From Amoebidium appalachense (Eukaryota > Protista > Ichthyosporea), in NCBI GenBank assembly GCA_963693365.1, contig CAVNZM010000009.1:4413146-4477145 (forward strand): a stretch of 64,000 nucleotides of DNA. Direction: 5' to 3'. The stretch's first letter is position 1. Each line of letters opens with the position of its first letter. The translations under genes were made by a program, and so were the position numbers. The notes under the pieces were generated by a model. That model did not search any database. It was given only the letters and a program-made list of their open reading frames with translations, and was not told the DNA's origin. This document shows positions 43,857-56,260 of this stretch, in pieces.

Positions 43857-44745
43857 GGAGGGTTTTGAATGCGGAACACGGTACGAAGTACGCATACACG
43901 ACGAGAAGCATGGTGCAGGACACATGCAAAGGCAAACATTCAAGTATGCAACATCAGCCATGTGCACAGTATGCGTCATAAGCAGAGCCCATCCTCAGGG
44001 AGGACCCAAGTCATCAATTGCGTCTGAGTTTCGACCCCTTAGCCCGCGTATATACGACGCTCCAACTCAGACAGCAGCATCAACTGAACTTGGGCGGGTC
44101 AACCCATCTTGATCAAAGACGAGCAGGGTTGCTTATGCAAGCAAGGTGAGCAAAACGGTGAAGATGTGTGTGCAAACTAATGCAGTGCAGCGAAAAATGT
44201 GTATGTGCTTACAGATGCACGACACAGCAACCATGCCCGGTTGCATGGAAGTAAAGCGGTAGGTACTCACGTGTTGTGCACACTTGGTCATGAATTTGTC
44301 ATAATAGGCTCTCCCCCGGCCCAACCTCTCCCCCTTGGTGCCAAACGCTAGGCCTGGCACGATAAGAAGGTCGAGTGTGCCAGCAGTTAAAGCATCCTCC
44401 CTGCTCGTGTCGTCTGGTTGGGTTAAAGAAACAGTCAGCATGCTATAGAAACAAGAGGAGCGTGGCAAAGAATGTACAGAATGTGGCAAAACATGTGTGG
44501 AATGTGTCAAGGTCTGTTTTACTGTATTTTCCCAAACCCAACCTCAAGTTGTCAACCCTTTAAATACACTCTATTACGATCCATCTGCTATTTGTAGCAT
44601 CGTTTTGTTTACTACAAACTCATATAATTCTCACTACCCATAACGTAAGGCAGAAAGAGTAAATATTTAATGTGTGCATTCATATGTGTGAGCCTATAGG
44701 TGCCTGCAAACCGATGGGAAGGGGCGCCGGGGGGTGGGGTGGGGT

Positions 44746-44781
<36 letters not shown>

Positions 44782-44985
44782 ACCGCAGAGGCCACACATA
44801 AAAACAAGCCTCAACCCATGGCCTAATTAAGGAAAACATACAGCCACCCATTTCCCTGTTTCCGTTTTTTTTAGTGGTTTTTTTTATTTTTTTTATTTTT
44901 TTATATTTTTTTTTTTATGGTGGTGGTGGTGGTAGTGGTGGGATGCGCGTGGCCGTGGGGGAGGGGGTGGGGTGTTTGATTTTTT

Positions 44986-45029
<44 letters not shown>

Positions 45030-45394
45030 GAATGTGGAACACGGTCGGTACGAAGTACACATACACGACGAGAAGCATGGTGCAGGACACATGCAAAGGC
45101 AAACATTCAAGTATGCAACATCAGCCATGTGCACAGTATGCGCCATAAGCAGAGCCCATCCTCAGGGAGGACCCAAGTCATCAATTGCGTCTTTGGGGGG
45201 GGGGGGGGGGGGGGGGAGGGGGAGGAGGGGGGAAGGGGGAAGGTTGGGGAGGGGGGTGTTGAAATTCCTGACCTGCAGGCTGTTTGATGTTCCACCTGGT
45301 CAGGGGCAGTGACTCGTAGTCCTGTATGGAGGCCAGCCGCAGCATCTTCATCGTATCCTTGGTGTAGTAGGGGATGTAACACACCCTGAAGAAC

Positions 45395-45425
<31 letters not shown>

Positions 45426-46907
45426 CGAATGTGGAACACGGTACGAAGTACGCATACACGAAGGACACATGCAAAGGCAAACATTCAAGTATGCAACATC
45501 AGCCATGCGCACAGTATGCGTCATAAGCAGAGCCCATCCTCAGGGAGGGCCCAAGTCACGAGATGAGTTTACTGCAACACCAGCTTTTGACAGTAGACAA
45601 CCATTAATGTGCATCTCTTAAGAAGGTATTCTGCCCCCCCCCCCCCCCCCCCCCCTCTCCCCCCCCCCCCTCCCCCCCTTTCCTCTGGCCCCCCTCCCCC
45701 CGAAAAACATTAAAATAAATATCATAAGAAAAAAAAAGAAAACGGAGAGCGCGGGGGGGGGGGGGGGGGGGGGGAGGGGGGGGGGGTGAGGGGGACGGGG
45801 GATTGTGGTACACAGTATGGAACGCAAATCCACATTAGGCAACAAAAGGTGGATATGCAAAGTAAGAGGTTCATGTAGGGCCACAGATAAACAGCGCCCA
45901 TACGCTATGTGTGCGTGCTTGGGGGGAAGGGGGGGGGAGGGGGAGGGGGTTGGGGGGGGTTAAGAGGGATTTGGGAGGGAGAGAAAGCCACCCACACAAA
46001 AAAACTGATAAAGGGAAGAAAGGGAGACGGGCAGGGAGGGGGAAAGGGAGGGTAGGGTGGGGGGAGGGAGGGGGTGGACTGCGTTACTGCGTGTGAAGCA
46101 CATTATTCATGACGATCAAGCCGAGATTGCAAAGCACACATGAGGAGAATTGCATAAGAACAGAGCCCATTAAGGGACGTATGCATTACATGATGACACC
46201 AAGCCAAGAAGAGACAAAAAAAACCCCCACAAAGATAAAAACAACCAAAAAAGATAATAAGACGTGCGGAAACATACTGCTTGAACAAAGCCCATAATTG
46301 TAGCGTTCCTATGTCGCCACAAAGAAAAGCATTCAACTCCTTAACCTCTCACGTGCATGTGTTTGTGTGTTTGTGTGTGTGTGTGTGTTTGCGTGTTTGT
46401 GTCTGTCTCTCTCTCTCTGTGTGTGTTTGTGTGTGTGTGTGTGGGAGGGCCGGGGGAGGGAGGGGGGGGGGGGGGGGGGGGAACTTGAGTTAGAGATGAC
46501 GAAGTACACATTCAAAACGGACAGCACAGCACGATGCAGAAGTAGACGAGCACACACAAAGAACATGTATTGTAATCATGAAATCAAACCTGATGCTTAC
46601 CTTCCAGTGTCGAATATGTTGTGCAGGATGGGCCTAGTGTCAACCTCCTCATCCATGCTCAAATACACAGACACGTACTTGCTCCTCTGGTACGCCTCGG
46701 AGTTGAGAAGCTGGCGGGGGGTGGGTGGGGAGGGAGTAAGGTGGGGTGGTGGGAGGGGTTTTTTTTTTTTTTTTGGGGGGGGGGGGGGAGGGAAAGGGAG
46801 ATTTTCTTGTCTGTGTGGGGGGGGTGAAGGGGGGGAGGGGAGAGGGGGGGAGGGAGGGGGGATGTGTGTGTCCTGGGTTTTGTGTGTGTGTGTGTGTGTG
46901 TGGGTGT

Positions 46908-46956
<49 letters not shown>

Positions 46957-46962
46957 CGCACG

Positions 46963-46995
<33 letters not shown>

Positions 46996-47367
46996 CGGGA
47001 AAGGAAATATGCAAAAAGGAGGGGGAGGGGGGTACAGAGGTTAAAAACCACCAAAAGTGCTTTATTAAAGGAACTGCTTAGATCCACAATACCCCCCCCC
47101 CCCCCCCCCCCCCCCCCCCCACACGCAAAGACACACACACAAACACTGACACAAGCACACTTGCACACCCACCCACCCACCCACCCACCCACACACACAC
47201 ATACACACGCGCACACAACACAAGCACCATTCTTCCGGCACCACACCATCCTCCTTCGCCACTCTTAGCCTCCCCTCCCCCCGCACCCCCCCCCCCAAAA
47301 AAACCCCCCCACACACACTCACACACGAGCACGGTGTCTCCACCTCGTACCTCCCCCCCCCCCCCCC

Positions 47368-47400
<33 letters not shown>

Positions 47401-47746
47401 ACCTTTTCACACACACACATAAAAAAGTAAATTGAAAATAATAAAAACTAGCCAAATAATATGAAGATATGAACAAATACGTAAGAAACCTTTCCTTGAC
47501 TCTAGAAAAAATCATCCAGTCTCCAGTTTGCCACAGCTTTCCCCCCTCCGCCCCTCCCCCCCCTCCCCTCTCCCCCCCCCCCCCCCCCCCCCCCCTCCCC
47601 CCCCCCCCCCCCCCCCCAACACACACACACACACACACACACACACTCCCAGCTACCCCTCCCTCCCACCCACCCTCACCCTCTCCGTCTTCCTCCCTCC
47701 CTCCCTCCCTCCCTCTCCCTCTCCCTCTCCCTCTCCCTCGCTCCTC

Positions 47747-47805
<59 letters not shown>

Positions 47806-48458
47806 ATCCCCCACTTCCCCCTGTCTCCATCCCCTCCCTGCCCACCCCCCCTCCCCTCCCTCCCTCCATGTGTGAGCCCTTTCTCTCTTTCGCTTCCCAC
47901 TTGCATTCTCACCCCCTCCGTGTAAAGCCCTCAGCAATGGCCCTCTCGATCTATCCGAGTCCCCAACCCCTTTCCTCTGTTCTTTCCAGATCATCACCCA
48001 AACCCAAGTGACCAAAAGCCACGTAGGCCACTCTCTTCCTCAACAATCATTTTCTCTGTAATCCCTCCCTCACTTCCTTTTTCAACCGTCCACTGCAGTG
48101 CATAGAGCATCATCACAACCTGCACCTTGAATGCCTTACAGCCCCCCCCCCCCCCCCCCCCCCCCCCCCCCACCACCACCACCACCCACTCCATCCCCAC
48201 CCCTTCCCCTCCCCCCTCCCCTAACATTCCCCCCCCCCCGCCCCCCTTCTCCACCCCACCCCCTAGATCTACTTACTCCTACTTATACACCCTCCCCCCG
48301 CGTATCCTTCCTCTCCCCCAACTTACCTTCTCAGTTACTGCTCTTGACTCTCTCACCCTCTCCTCTTGTGTCATGTTATTCAGTTTCTGCTTGACCTCTG
48401 CTCGTAGCGCCTTTTTGAGCGCATCTACAGACCCAGACATGGCTGCCATTCTCGCCAT
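42671..48458 (-). CDS. MTHFS: 5-formyltetrahydrofolate cyclo-ligase, 5 exons: 48458-48327, 46710-46601, 45385-45273, 44413-44271, ~42781-42671
   Basis: Spliced product KKALRAEVK...[12 protein letters not shown]...VCYIP...RWNIKQP...[25 protein letters not shown]...VGLAFSAQ...[10 protein letters not shown]; GT-AG junctions with matching phases. Last acceptor could be 42781 or 42757. Confidence 0.92.
43861..44260 (-). repeat. ~400-bp structured interspersed repeat, copy in last MTHFS intron
   Basis: Near-identical inverted copy at ~51964-52365; partial copies ~45027-45192, 45422-45558, 50607-50730. Confidence 0.85.
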
Positions 48459-49342
48459 TTATATAGTGTGTTGTTTCTTAAACGTGATGACTTGCATGCA
48501 GGCAATGGAAACGAAAACAGAAATCCTAGTGTGACTCAAGACAAGACCAGTAAGGAGTGATAAGTTTGGCGTTGGCAATCGAAACAAAAGACGTGCAATA
48601 ATTTCGATCGGCTTCTCACTTCGATCGGGTTCAATTCATATTGACAATTCCCTAATCGATCTGTATATCGCGTAACCAGGCTTCTATTTCATAGGCATTT
48701 AGGCACCTGTTTTTTTTATGCCACCTTTTATATGAGTTAGTGAGCTGGAGTGGCTTGTACAGTGTGAAAAAACTTTGTCTGTTTTGTAAGCATCTGTTAA
48801 CAGTCAAACTAAGCATCAGGCAGCCAGGAGACTATTGCCACAACAACGGAGGAGGAAAGCGTTGTTGAATCTCGGCGTAAAATACAGGTGGGTGTTGGGG
48901 TGTGTGTTGTAAGATCCTTGACAGGGAAGGGAAGGATGTTTCTCTACGGACGGTGGCAAAAGCGCGCGAACACTGCAAATAAGAGGACAGAGGGAGTGTA
49001 CTTATGTACAATGACAGCCAATACGTGCACCTTTCATTAGCAGACAAGTAAATCACGCAAACGTACCCATCCCTTTCCCCCTCCCTCCCCCCCTCCCAAC
49101 TACACACACACAGGCACACACACAGACGTTTGACAGGAATGAAAGGCCAGGTAAAACAATGGCCTGTTACAGCACACGTGTGTGCACACATACATTTTTG
49201 TACTCGTGAGTGTGCAAGGGTACGGACCTGGTATACACACACACACACACACACACACAACTCACACACACACATGGAAAAGTCACACGCACACACACAA
49301 ACAACACACACACACACACACACACAGATGCCTGTGCGCGCC

Positions 49343-49418
<76 letters not shown>

Positions 49419-49715
49419 CGCACACAGACACACACACACACACAGACACACAGGATCGATTCACACACTCCTTACACTTGCAGGTAGCAACACACACATC
49501 CACAACTGCACATCTGAATATTCTTGTTTTTGTACTAAGGCCTCTTGTTCTTTCTACTGCTTTTACGCTGTACCTCCCCCCCTTCCCCCCCCCTACCCCG
49601 CCCCTTGCCCTCGGTGACCCTCCCCATCCCCTTGGGTTTCCTCCCCTCCCCTCCCTGCATCGGTGTTCTTCCCTCCCCCCCCCTCCCCGCCCCTCCCCCT
49701 CCCCCTCCCCCCATT

Positions 49716-49777
<62 letters not shown>

Positions 49778-50472
49778 TGCCCCACCCTTTGGCTCGTCCC
49801 TGTATGCCAGATGGTCGAACCCCCCCCCCCCCCCCTTCCCTTCCCCCCTGCCCCTGCCCCCTCCCTGTTCTCTACTCAACCTAGTGCCCTCCCCCCCTCC
49901 CCCCCCCCCCCCCCCCCTCCGGGCTGCCCCTGCCCCTTTATCCAATAGCCCGCACCCCACACCAGCACCACCGTTCAACTACCAAACACATTTTGTACTA
50001 CAGAAGTGCTCACCTAGATTCTCTTACAATACTTCTGCTCCTTATGCCCACTCACCAAACTTCACATACACGTCGCCCCCACGCTCCCCTAATCCAGACT
50101 CAGCTTTATGCATGCTCTCTGGTCTTTTCTTTCTGTTTGGACTTTCCTGCTGCCCTCCCCTTCCCCCGCATATCCACCATATATAAGTCCCTGTCACTAG
50201 TTCCTTGAACCCCTTTTTCCTCTGTCCGAGATGTCTGTTCTGTCTCTTGTCGCACGCGCGCGCGCACACACACACACACATCTCTCTCGCTCTCTCTCCC
50301 TCTCTCTCTCTCCCTCTCTCTCTCCCTCCCTGAATCGCTCCCTCCCTCCCTCCCTCCCTCCCTCTCTATCTCTTATTCCCCTCCCCCTCCCCCCCCCTAT
50401 ATATCTATCTATCCATCTGTGTGTGTATGTCCTCTTCCTCCTTGTCTCTCTTTTTCTTCTCTTTCTGTCCCC

Positions 50473-50524
<52 letters not shown>

Positions 50525-50966
50525 ACATTTCTCTGTGTCCCCCCCCCCCCCCCCCCCCTCCCCTGCTATCCCCATCGTCTTTCTCTCTCTCTCTCTCTCT
50601 CCCCCCTCTGCTTATGACGCATACTGTGCGCATGGCTGATGCTGCATACTTGAATGTTTGCCTTTGCATGTGTCCTGCATCATGCTTCTCATCGTCTATG
50701 CGTACTTCGTACTGTGTTCCGCATTCAAACCCCCCCCCCCCCCCTCCACCTCCCCCCCCCCCCCCCCCCCTCCCCCCCCCTCTATCTCCGTTCTCCCTCC
50801 TTCCCTCACTCCCTCATTCCCTTCCTCAACTCCTTCCTCCGCCTCCCCCCCCCCCCCCCCCCCCCCCCCCGCCCCCTTTCTGATGGGAAAGCAGTATCCG
50901 AGCTTGTTTTTGCATAAGGTGTTGCCCGATAAGTATGTGTGCTATGTACTCTTAAACACATTCTAC

Positions 50967-50999
<33 letters not shown>

Positions 51000-51178
51000 C
51001 CACCACCACCACCACCACCACCACCACCACCACCACCACCACCACCACACACACACACAAACCCCCGTTCCCTTCCCCCCTTCCCCCTGCACAACCCCCT
51101 TTCCCCTGGGATATCTGTGATTTTATTATCACAGCCTAAGAGGATATCCTATTGATAGTTGCATTGTCCCACAGAAGA

Positions 51179-51881
51179 ATGGCCGCCTCACCACCGCCTG
51201 AGGGCTACCACTGTGACTTTGTGGGCCAGAAACATGCCGAGTATCTCTACATGGTCAGTGACCCCCCCTTCCCCCCCGAACCTGCATGCTCGTGTATGTG
51301 TGTGTCTGTGTTTGTGTGTTTGTGTTTGTGTTTGTGTGTGTGTGTGTGCGTGCATGCTTGCGCTTGTGTGTGTGCTGTGTGCTTGTGTGTGTGTGTGTGT
51401 GTGTTCGGTGTTTTTTTTTCCCCCTGATGCAAAACGTGACCGTTGTGTTGTCCATCGTGAATGTGTCCATCGCACTCTGTTCTGTATCGCATTCTAACCC
51501 CCCCCCCCCCCCCCCCCCCCCCAGTGTAAGGGAATAGGTCGAAACTCGGGTACTGTGGATGACGTGGGCCCCCCTGAGGATGGGCTCTGCTTATTATGCA
51601 TACTCTTTATGTATGGCTTGCATTCTGCATCGTGTTATCCGTTTGTTCTTGTGTACTTCGTACTTTTTGACGCATTCAAAACCCCCCAGTGTAAGAGGAA
51701 GGATAGAAAACAAAGTGTATGTGTGTTTTTCTGGGGGGGAGAAGGGGGGGGGAGGGGGGGGGGGGGGGGGGATGGGGAGGGGGCGGTCGAATGGGGCTTT
51801 TTTTTCTTGGGGGGGTGGGGGGGGGGGGGGGGGGGGATGTTTGGTCTTTTTTTTGTGGGGGGTTGGGGGGGGGGAAGGGCG

Positions 51882-51931
<50 letters not shown>

Positions 51932-52941
51932 GCACGCCACTCGATCACACAGCCCCCCCCCCTCGCTTTACTTCCATGCAACCGGGCATGGTTGCTCTGT
52001 GTCGTGCATCTGTAAGCACATACGCATTTTTCGCTGCACTGCTTTAGTTTGCACACACATCTTCACCGTTTTGCTCACCTTGCTTGCATAAGCAACCCTG
52101 CTCGTCTTTGATCAAGACGGGTTGACCCTCCCAAGTTCACTTGATGCTGCTGTCTGAGTTGGAGAGTCGTATATACGCGGGCTAATGGGTCGAAACTCAG
52201 ACGCAATTGATGACTTGGGCCCTCCCTGAGGATGGGCTCTGCTTATGACGCATACTGTGCGCATGGCTGATGTTGCATACTTGAATGTTTGCCTTTGCAT
52301 GTGTCCTGAACCATGCTTCTCATCGTGTACGCGTACTTCGTACCGTGTTCCGCATTCAAACCCCCCTTCCCCCCCCTTCTCCCCAGTCCCCCCCCTCCCC
52401 CCCCCCCCCCCCCCCCCCCCGCCCCGGCGGGTCGGAAGAAGATGGGTTTTGTCTACAATATGTATACTCTTAATATGTGTAGTTTGCCGCTCTTCATTGT
52501 ATTGTCCGTTGTGAATGTGCACTTCGTACTCTATAACACATTCTAACTCCCCCCTGCCTCCCTCCCCCCCCCCCCCCCCCCCCCCCCCCTCCCCTCCCCC
52601 CCCTTCCTAGAAGCCCCGTCTCCTGAGTTCCTATCTATATTTTTCTTGCTTCTGCTTACTGCTGCAACTTTAACCCCCGGCCTTTCCCACTGCCCCTGCT
52701 TGCATAAGCAACCCTGCTCGTCTCTGATCAAGACGGGTGACCTACCCATGTTCAAGTGAAACAGTATCTGAGTTGGGTTTCGTTAACGAGGTGAATAGGT
52801 CGAAACTCGGGTACTGTGGATGACGCGCCCCACCCCCCTGAGGATGGGCTCTGCTTATTATGCATACTCTTTATGTATGGCTTGCATTCTGCATCGTGTT
52901 ATCCGTTTGTTCTTGTGTAGTTCGTACTTTTTGACGCATTC

Positions 52942-52974
<33 letters not shown>

Positions 52975-53418
52975 AGGGGGCCCCACCCTCGTGCCTATCA
53001 TCCCTGGCCTGTTCTCTCCCATCGTTACCCGGTGTGCCCGATGGGCTCTGTTCAAGTCTTTTCTGTCTGCACGCTTGAATTTTTTGATTTCGGGGTTCTC
53101 ACTTTTGTGGCGTTTTGCAGGCTGTCCTTTGTTGTCTTCTCCATATTTCCAACCCTCTAATGCAACCCCCCCCCCCCCCCCCCTCCGGGGGCGCTTTTGT
53201 GGAGGCATAGGAACCCCCCTGATGATGGGCTCTGTTCAAGTGTCTTCTGCCTGCACGCTTAATTTGTTTGAATTTGAGCTTCTCATTTTTTGTGACGTCG
53301 TGTTGTTGCACATTGTTGTCTCCTCCATATTTCCAACCCCCTTACGCATACATCCCCCCCCCACACACACACACGCACGCGCGCGCGCGTGCACACACAC
53401 ACACACCACCGCCGCCAC

Positions 53419-53449
<31 letters not shown>

Positions 53450-53514
53450 CCCACACACACACACACGCCAGCTCTCACCACACCTACATCCACAAACACG
53501 ACAGCAAGCACACG

Positions 53515-53565
<51 letters not shown>

Positions 53566-53821
53566 CCCCACACACGTGCACACCCACACACCTCCGCAGT
53601 TCTTCATTGTTGCGTGTTCAGCGGCCGGGTTTGCATATGGTTTTCTCCAGCAAGATTTCATGTTTGCGCTCTACGGCCTAGCCGCAGGCATCGTGCTAGC
53701 CATAATAGTCACCATTCCGCCCTGGCCCGTCTACAGCAGAAACCCCGTGCAGTGGCGGGCGCCGAAAAAGGACGAGGGGGCAAAGATTGCGGATGTTACG
53801 CAAAAGCAAAGAGACAGTTAG
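51179..53821 (+). CDS. SPCS1: Signal peptidase complex subunit 1 (SPC12), exons 51179-51253 and 53600-53821
   Basis: [13 protein letters not shown]|[20 protein letters not shown]...[18 protein letters not shown] matches SPC12 signatures DFxGQxxAE and PPWPxYxRxPxxW; phase-0 GT-AG intron. Confidence 0.92.
51964..52365 (+). repeat. ~400-bp structured interspersed repeat, copy in SPCS1 intron
   Basis: Reverse complement of 43861-44260; diverged subfamily at ~51532-51688 and ~52695-52945. Confidence 0.85.
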
Positions 53822-53984
53822 AAAACGTGACTTTGGCTACGGCTATGTTATTGTCACAGGTATTGTTGTTCGACGGTCTTTGTGGTAGACACGTTGGGAT
53901 GAAGGGATGAATCGACGCCGTTGCATAATGATCAATAGGCTGTTTTTTTTTTTTTTTGTTTTTTTGTTTTTTTGGTGGTGGTGG

Positions 53985-54016
<32 letters not shown>

Positions 54017-54326
54017 GGGGAGGGGATAGGATGTGACATGCTGATGCCCTTGTGTGATCGATAGAAGCAAATGCAGCAGCTGCTTACTGCAGGAAAATGC
54101 AAGTACTTGTATTTTGCTACACGAATAATAGATCTGCAAATATAAATGCTTATAAAATCAATTAAAAAAAGAAGGAATATCGTTATGATACACGTGAGGG
54201 TTTGAAAAGTTTCTTTTGACTGGATTTATTCGACGGAAAGATATGCAAGTATGCACGGCATACTGAGAAGACAATAAAAACTTCACGAGTTATCCAGTAA
54301 CAAGTGCATACTGAGATACCTGAACA

Positions 54327-54463
54327 CTGTGTGAAAATCATATAAATACTCAATGTGACGACCAACAGAATTCAACAAAAAGTCTAAAGTGTTCACATCT
54401 GTGTGAAAATCATATAAATACTCAATGTGACGACCAACAGAATTCAACAAAAAGTCTAGTGTT
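54327..54463 (+). repeat. Two-copy tandem repeat, 72-bp period
   Basis: CTGTGTGAAAATCATATAAATACTCAATGTGACGACCAACAGAATTCAACAAAAAGTCTA at 54327 and 54399. Confidence 0.9.
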
Positions 54464-54470
54464 GAAAAGT

Positions 54471-54515
<45 letters not shown>

Positions 54516-55152
54516 CGGAGCCCTGCCATCTGCCCGGAGAATGATAATTCGCATGCGAGAAGGAGAGGGAGAGGGAGAGGGAGAGAGAGATAGAAAGGGA
54601 GAGGAAGAGGGAGAGAGAGGAGGGAGAGGGGGAGAGAGGAGGGAGAGAGAGAGAGAGAGAGACAGAGAGAGAGAGAGAGATGGCCTGAGGCCGGGGGAGG
54701 GGGGAGGGGCCAAAAAAGGGAGGAAAAAAAAAAGAAAAAAAAAACCTTGACAGCATGCCGCGGAGTCGAGATCGCGATCAGTCGGCCACTAGTTGCGTGT
54801 AGAAGTTGAAGTGACGTCATTAGGCTCACTGAACTGTGCGTGACGGTCGACCGGTCGTCTGGGTCGTGACCATCGAGTCAGTGATCCATATACACAAACA
54901 AGCTTACAAGCGGCTTGGCTGGGCTGGTGACGAATGCACGTTTTGAAATCACGAAAAGTATTAAATCTGTGATGCTTGTTAGGAAAAGTTATTATTGAGC
55001 CGGTTTCTATTACTGTTTGCTTCACACATAAAGCTTTATGGTTTTCTTTCCACACCGCCGAGTCCCCCGTCGGCCAAGCTGGCGAGCTCCCGTCCAGGTC
55101 TTTCGCGATCCTTCTCTGAGCCAATCACAGTCAATACAATAGGCTGCATGAT

Positions 55153-55580
55153 CAGGGGTTGAAAACCGTTGAATTACGACCCAAAATCGTCCCAAAATCG
55201 TCATATTTACGATTAAGCCCAGGGGGTCAATACGAGTAACGCTGTGAGCTGCTGTATTGGTTTTTCGTAGCAGTGAAATAGGCCACAGTGGTGTATTTTG
55301 GTGTGTTTTCATACGAAAATGTGTGTTTTCCCAGGTAAAAGGTGGTCAGGTGGTTGTTTTGGCACTCCAGAGCGGAATATGAAGCCCTGTTTTCTCAGTT
55401 AGGGTGTGTAATTGCTAAGGGAGTGTAAAATTAACTGAAATGGGTTATCAAATTTAATAATGAAAGGGGTCTATACGAGTCAAAAATAAAACAAACCCCG
55501 CCAATACGATCTAGAAATTCTGACAATACGATTGCGTTTAAGGTAAAACGGGTAGCGAAGCCAAAATCCCACAACCCCTG
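55153..55580. mobile_element. hAT-superfamily MITE (428 bp)
   Basis: TIR CAGGGGTTG / CAACCCCTG; perfect 8-bp TSD TGCATGAT at 55145-55152 and 55581-55588; subterminal ATACGA/TTACGA motifs. Confidence 0.88.
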
Positions 55581-56059
55581 TGCATGATGCATCAGCATCA
55601 TCACGATCTTATCACTTATCAGCTCCGCTTATCAGAAGTTTTAAATTATAACTAACTCACTGATCTCGTGAGAAATAATTATTATGTATGTAAAAGATTA
55701 ATAACAGTTTACATCTATAACACTGTGTCTCTATGTAAATCAGCAACAATTAGCAACATGCTGGTGCTGGCACAATCCCAAATTCCGATCCTGCTAGCCA
55801 CGGCGACTTGACAATTTCCTCCAATCCTTCTAATTGGTTCGTTGCACCCCATGATTCATCACGACTACCACAATATCATGCTCAGCTTTTTATTCTCGTT
55901 GAGAAGGCTTCTTTTAAGCCTTTTGTTTACCTCACTAAATGTTTTTTGCCCTACCATTATAATTTGAGGCTGAAGCCCTTTTGTTTGCAGAATTTGGTAG
56001 AGCGTTGTTTGTATTTCGGTGATCATGTTATTCTCATATGAGCCATGCAGGTTGTCTAT

Positions 56060-56260
56060 TTGTGTAATATCATGCTATACAAAGTCGCAATGCCCACTTG
56101 TTTGATTGGCTCACCGTCCATTGCTGGGCGATAAAAACAAGGCGAGCGCAATGTTCGTGTCATTCCTTCGGGCGAGTCCAAAAAGACATTTCGTGGAGAG
56201 GTTTCTTCAGAGGTGATCAAGGCGACCAACCGGTATGACAAGGTGTCAACAACGAGAGGC
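56060..56260 (-). pseudogene. Possible degraded LTR-retrotransposon integrase zinc-binding fragment
   Basis: SPEGMTRTLRSPCFYRPAMDGEPIKQVG resembles H-x-G-xx-RT...(F)YWP-x-M...V-xx-C; degenerate. Confidence 0.3.

Noticed and set aside
52150-52240. Hammerhead ribozyme (GAAAC and CTGAGGA motifs) in the intronic repeat
   Set aside because: Stems I-III could not be closed in any type I/II/III topology; GAAACTC pairs better in a simple long hairpin.
52760-52820. 7SL/SRP RNA similarity (AGGTCGAAACTC)
   Set aside because: Helices 6 and 8 and the Alu domain are absent; short match only.
52820-53599. N-terminal ~260 aa of the 333-aa ORF
   Set aside because: Intronic repeat and microsatellite sequence; only 53600-53821 is SPCS1 exon 2.
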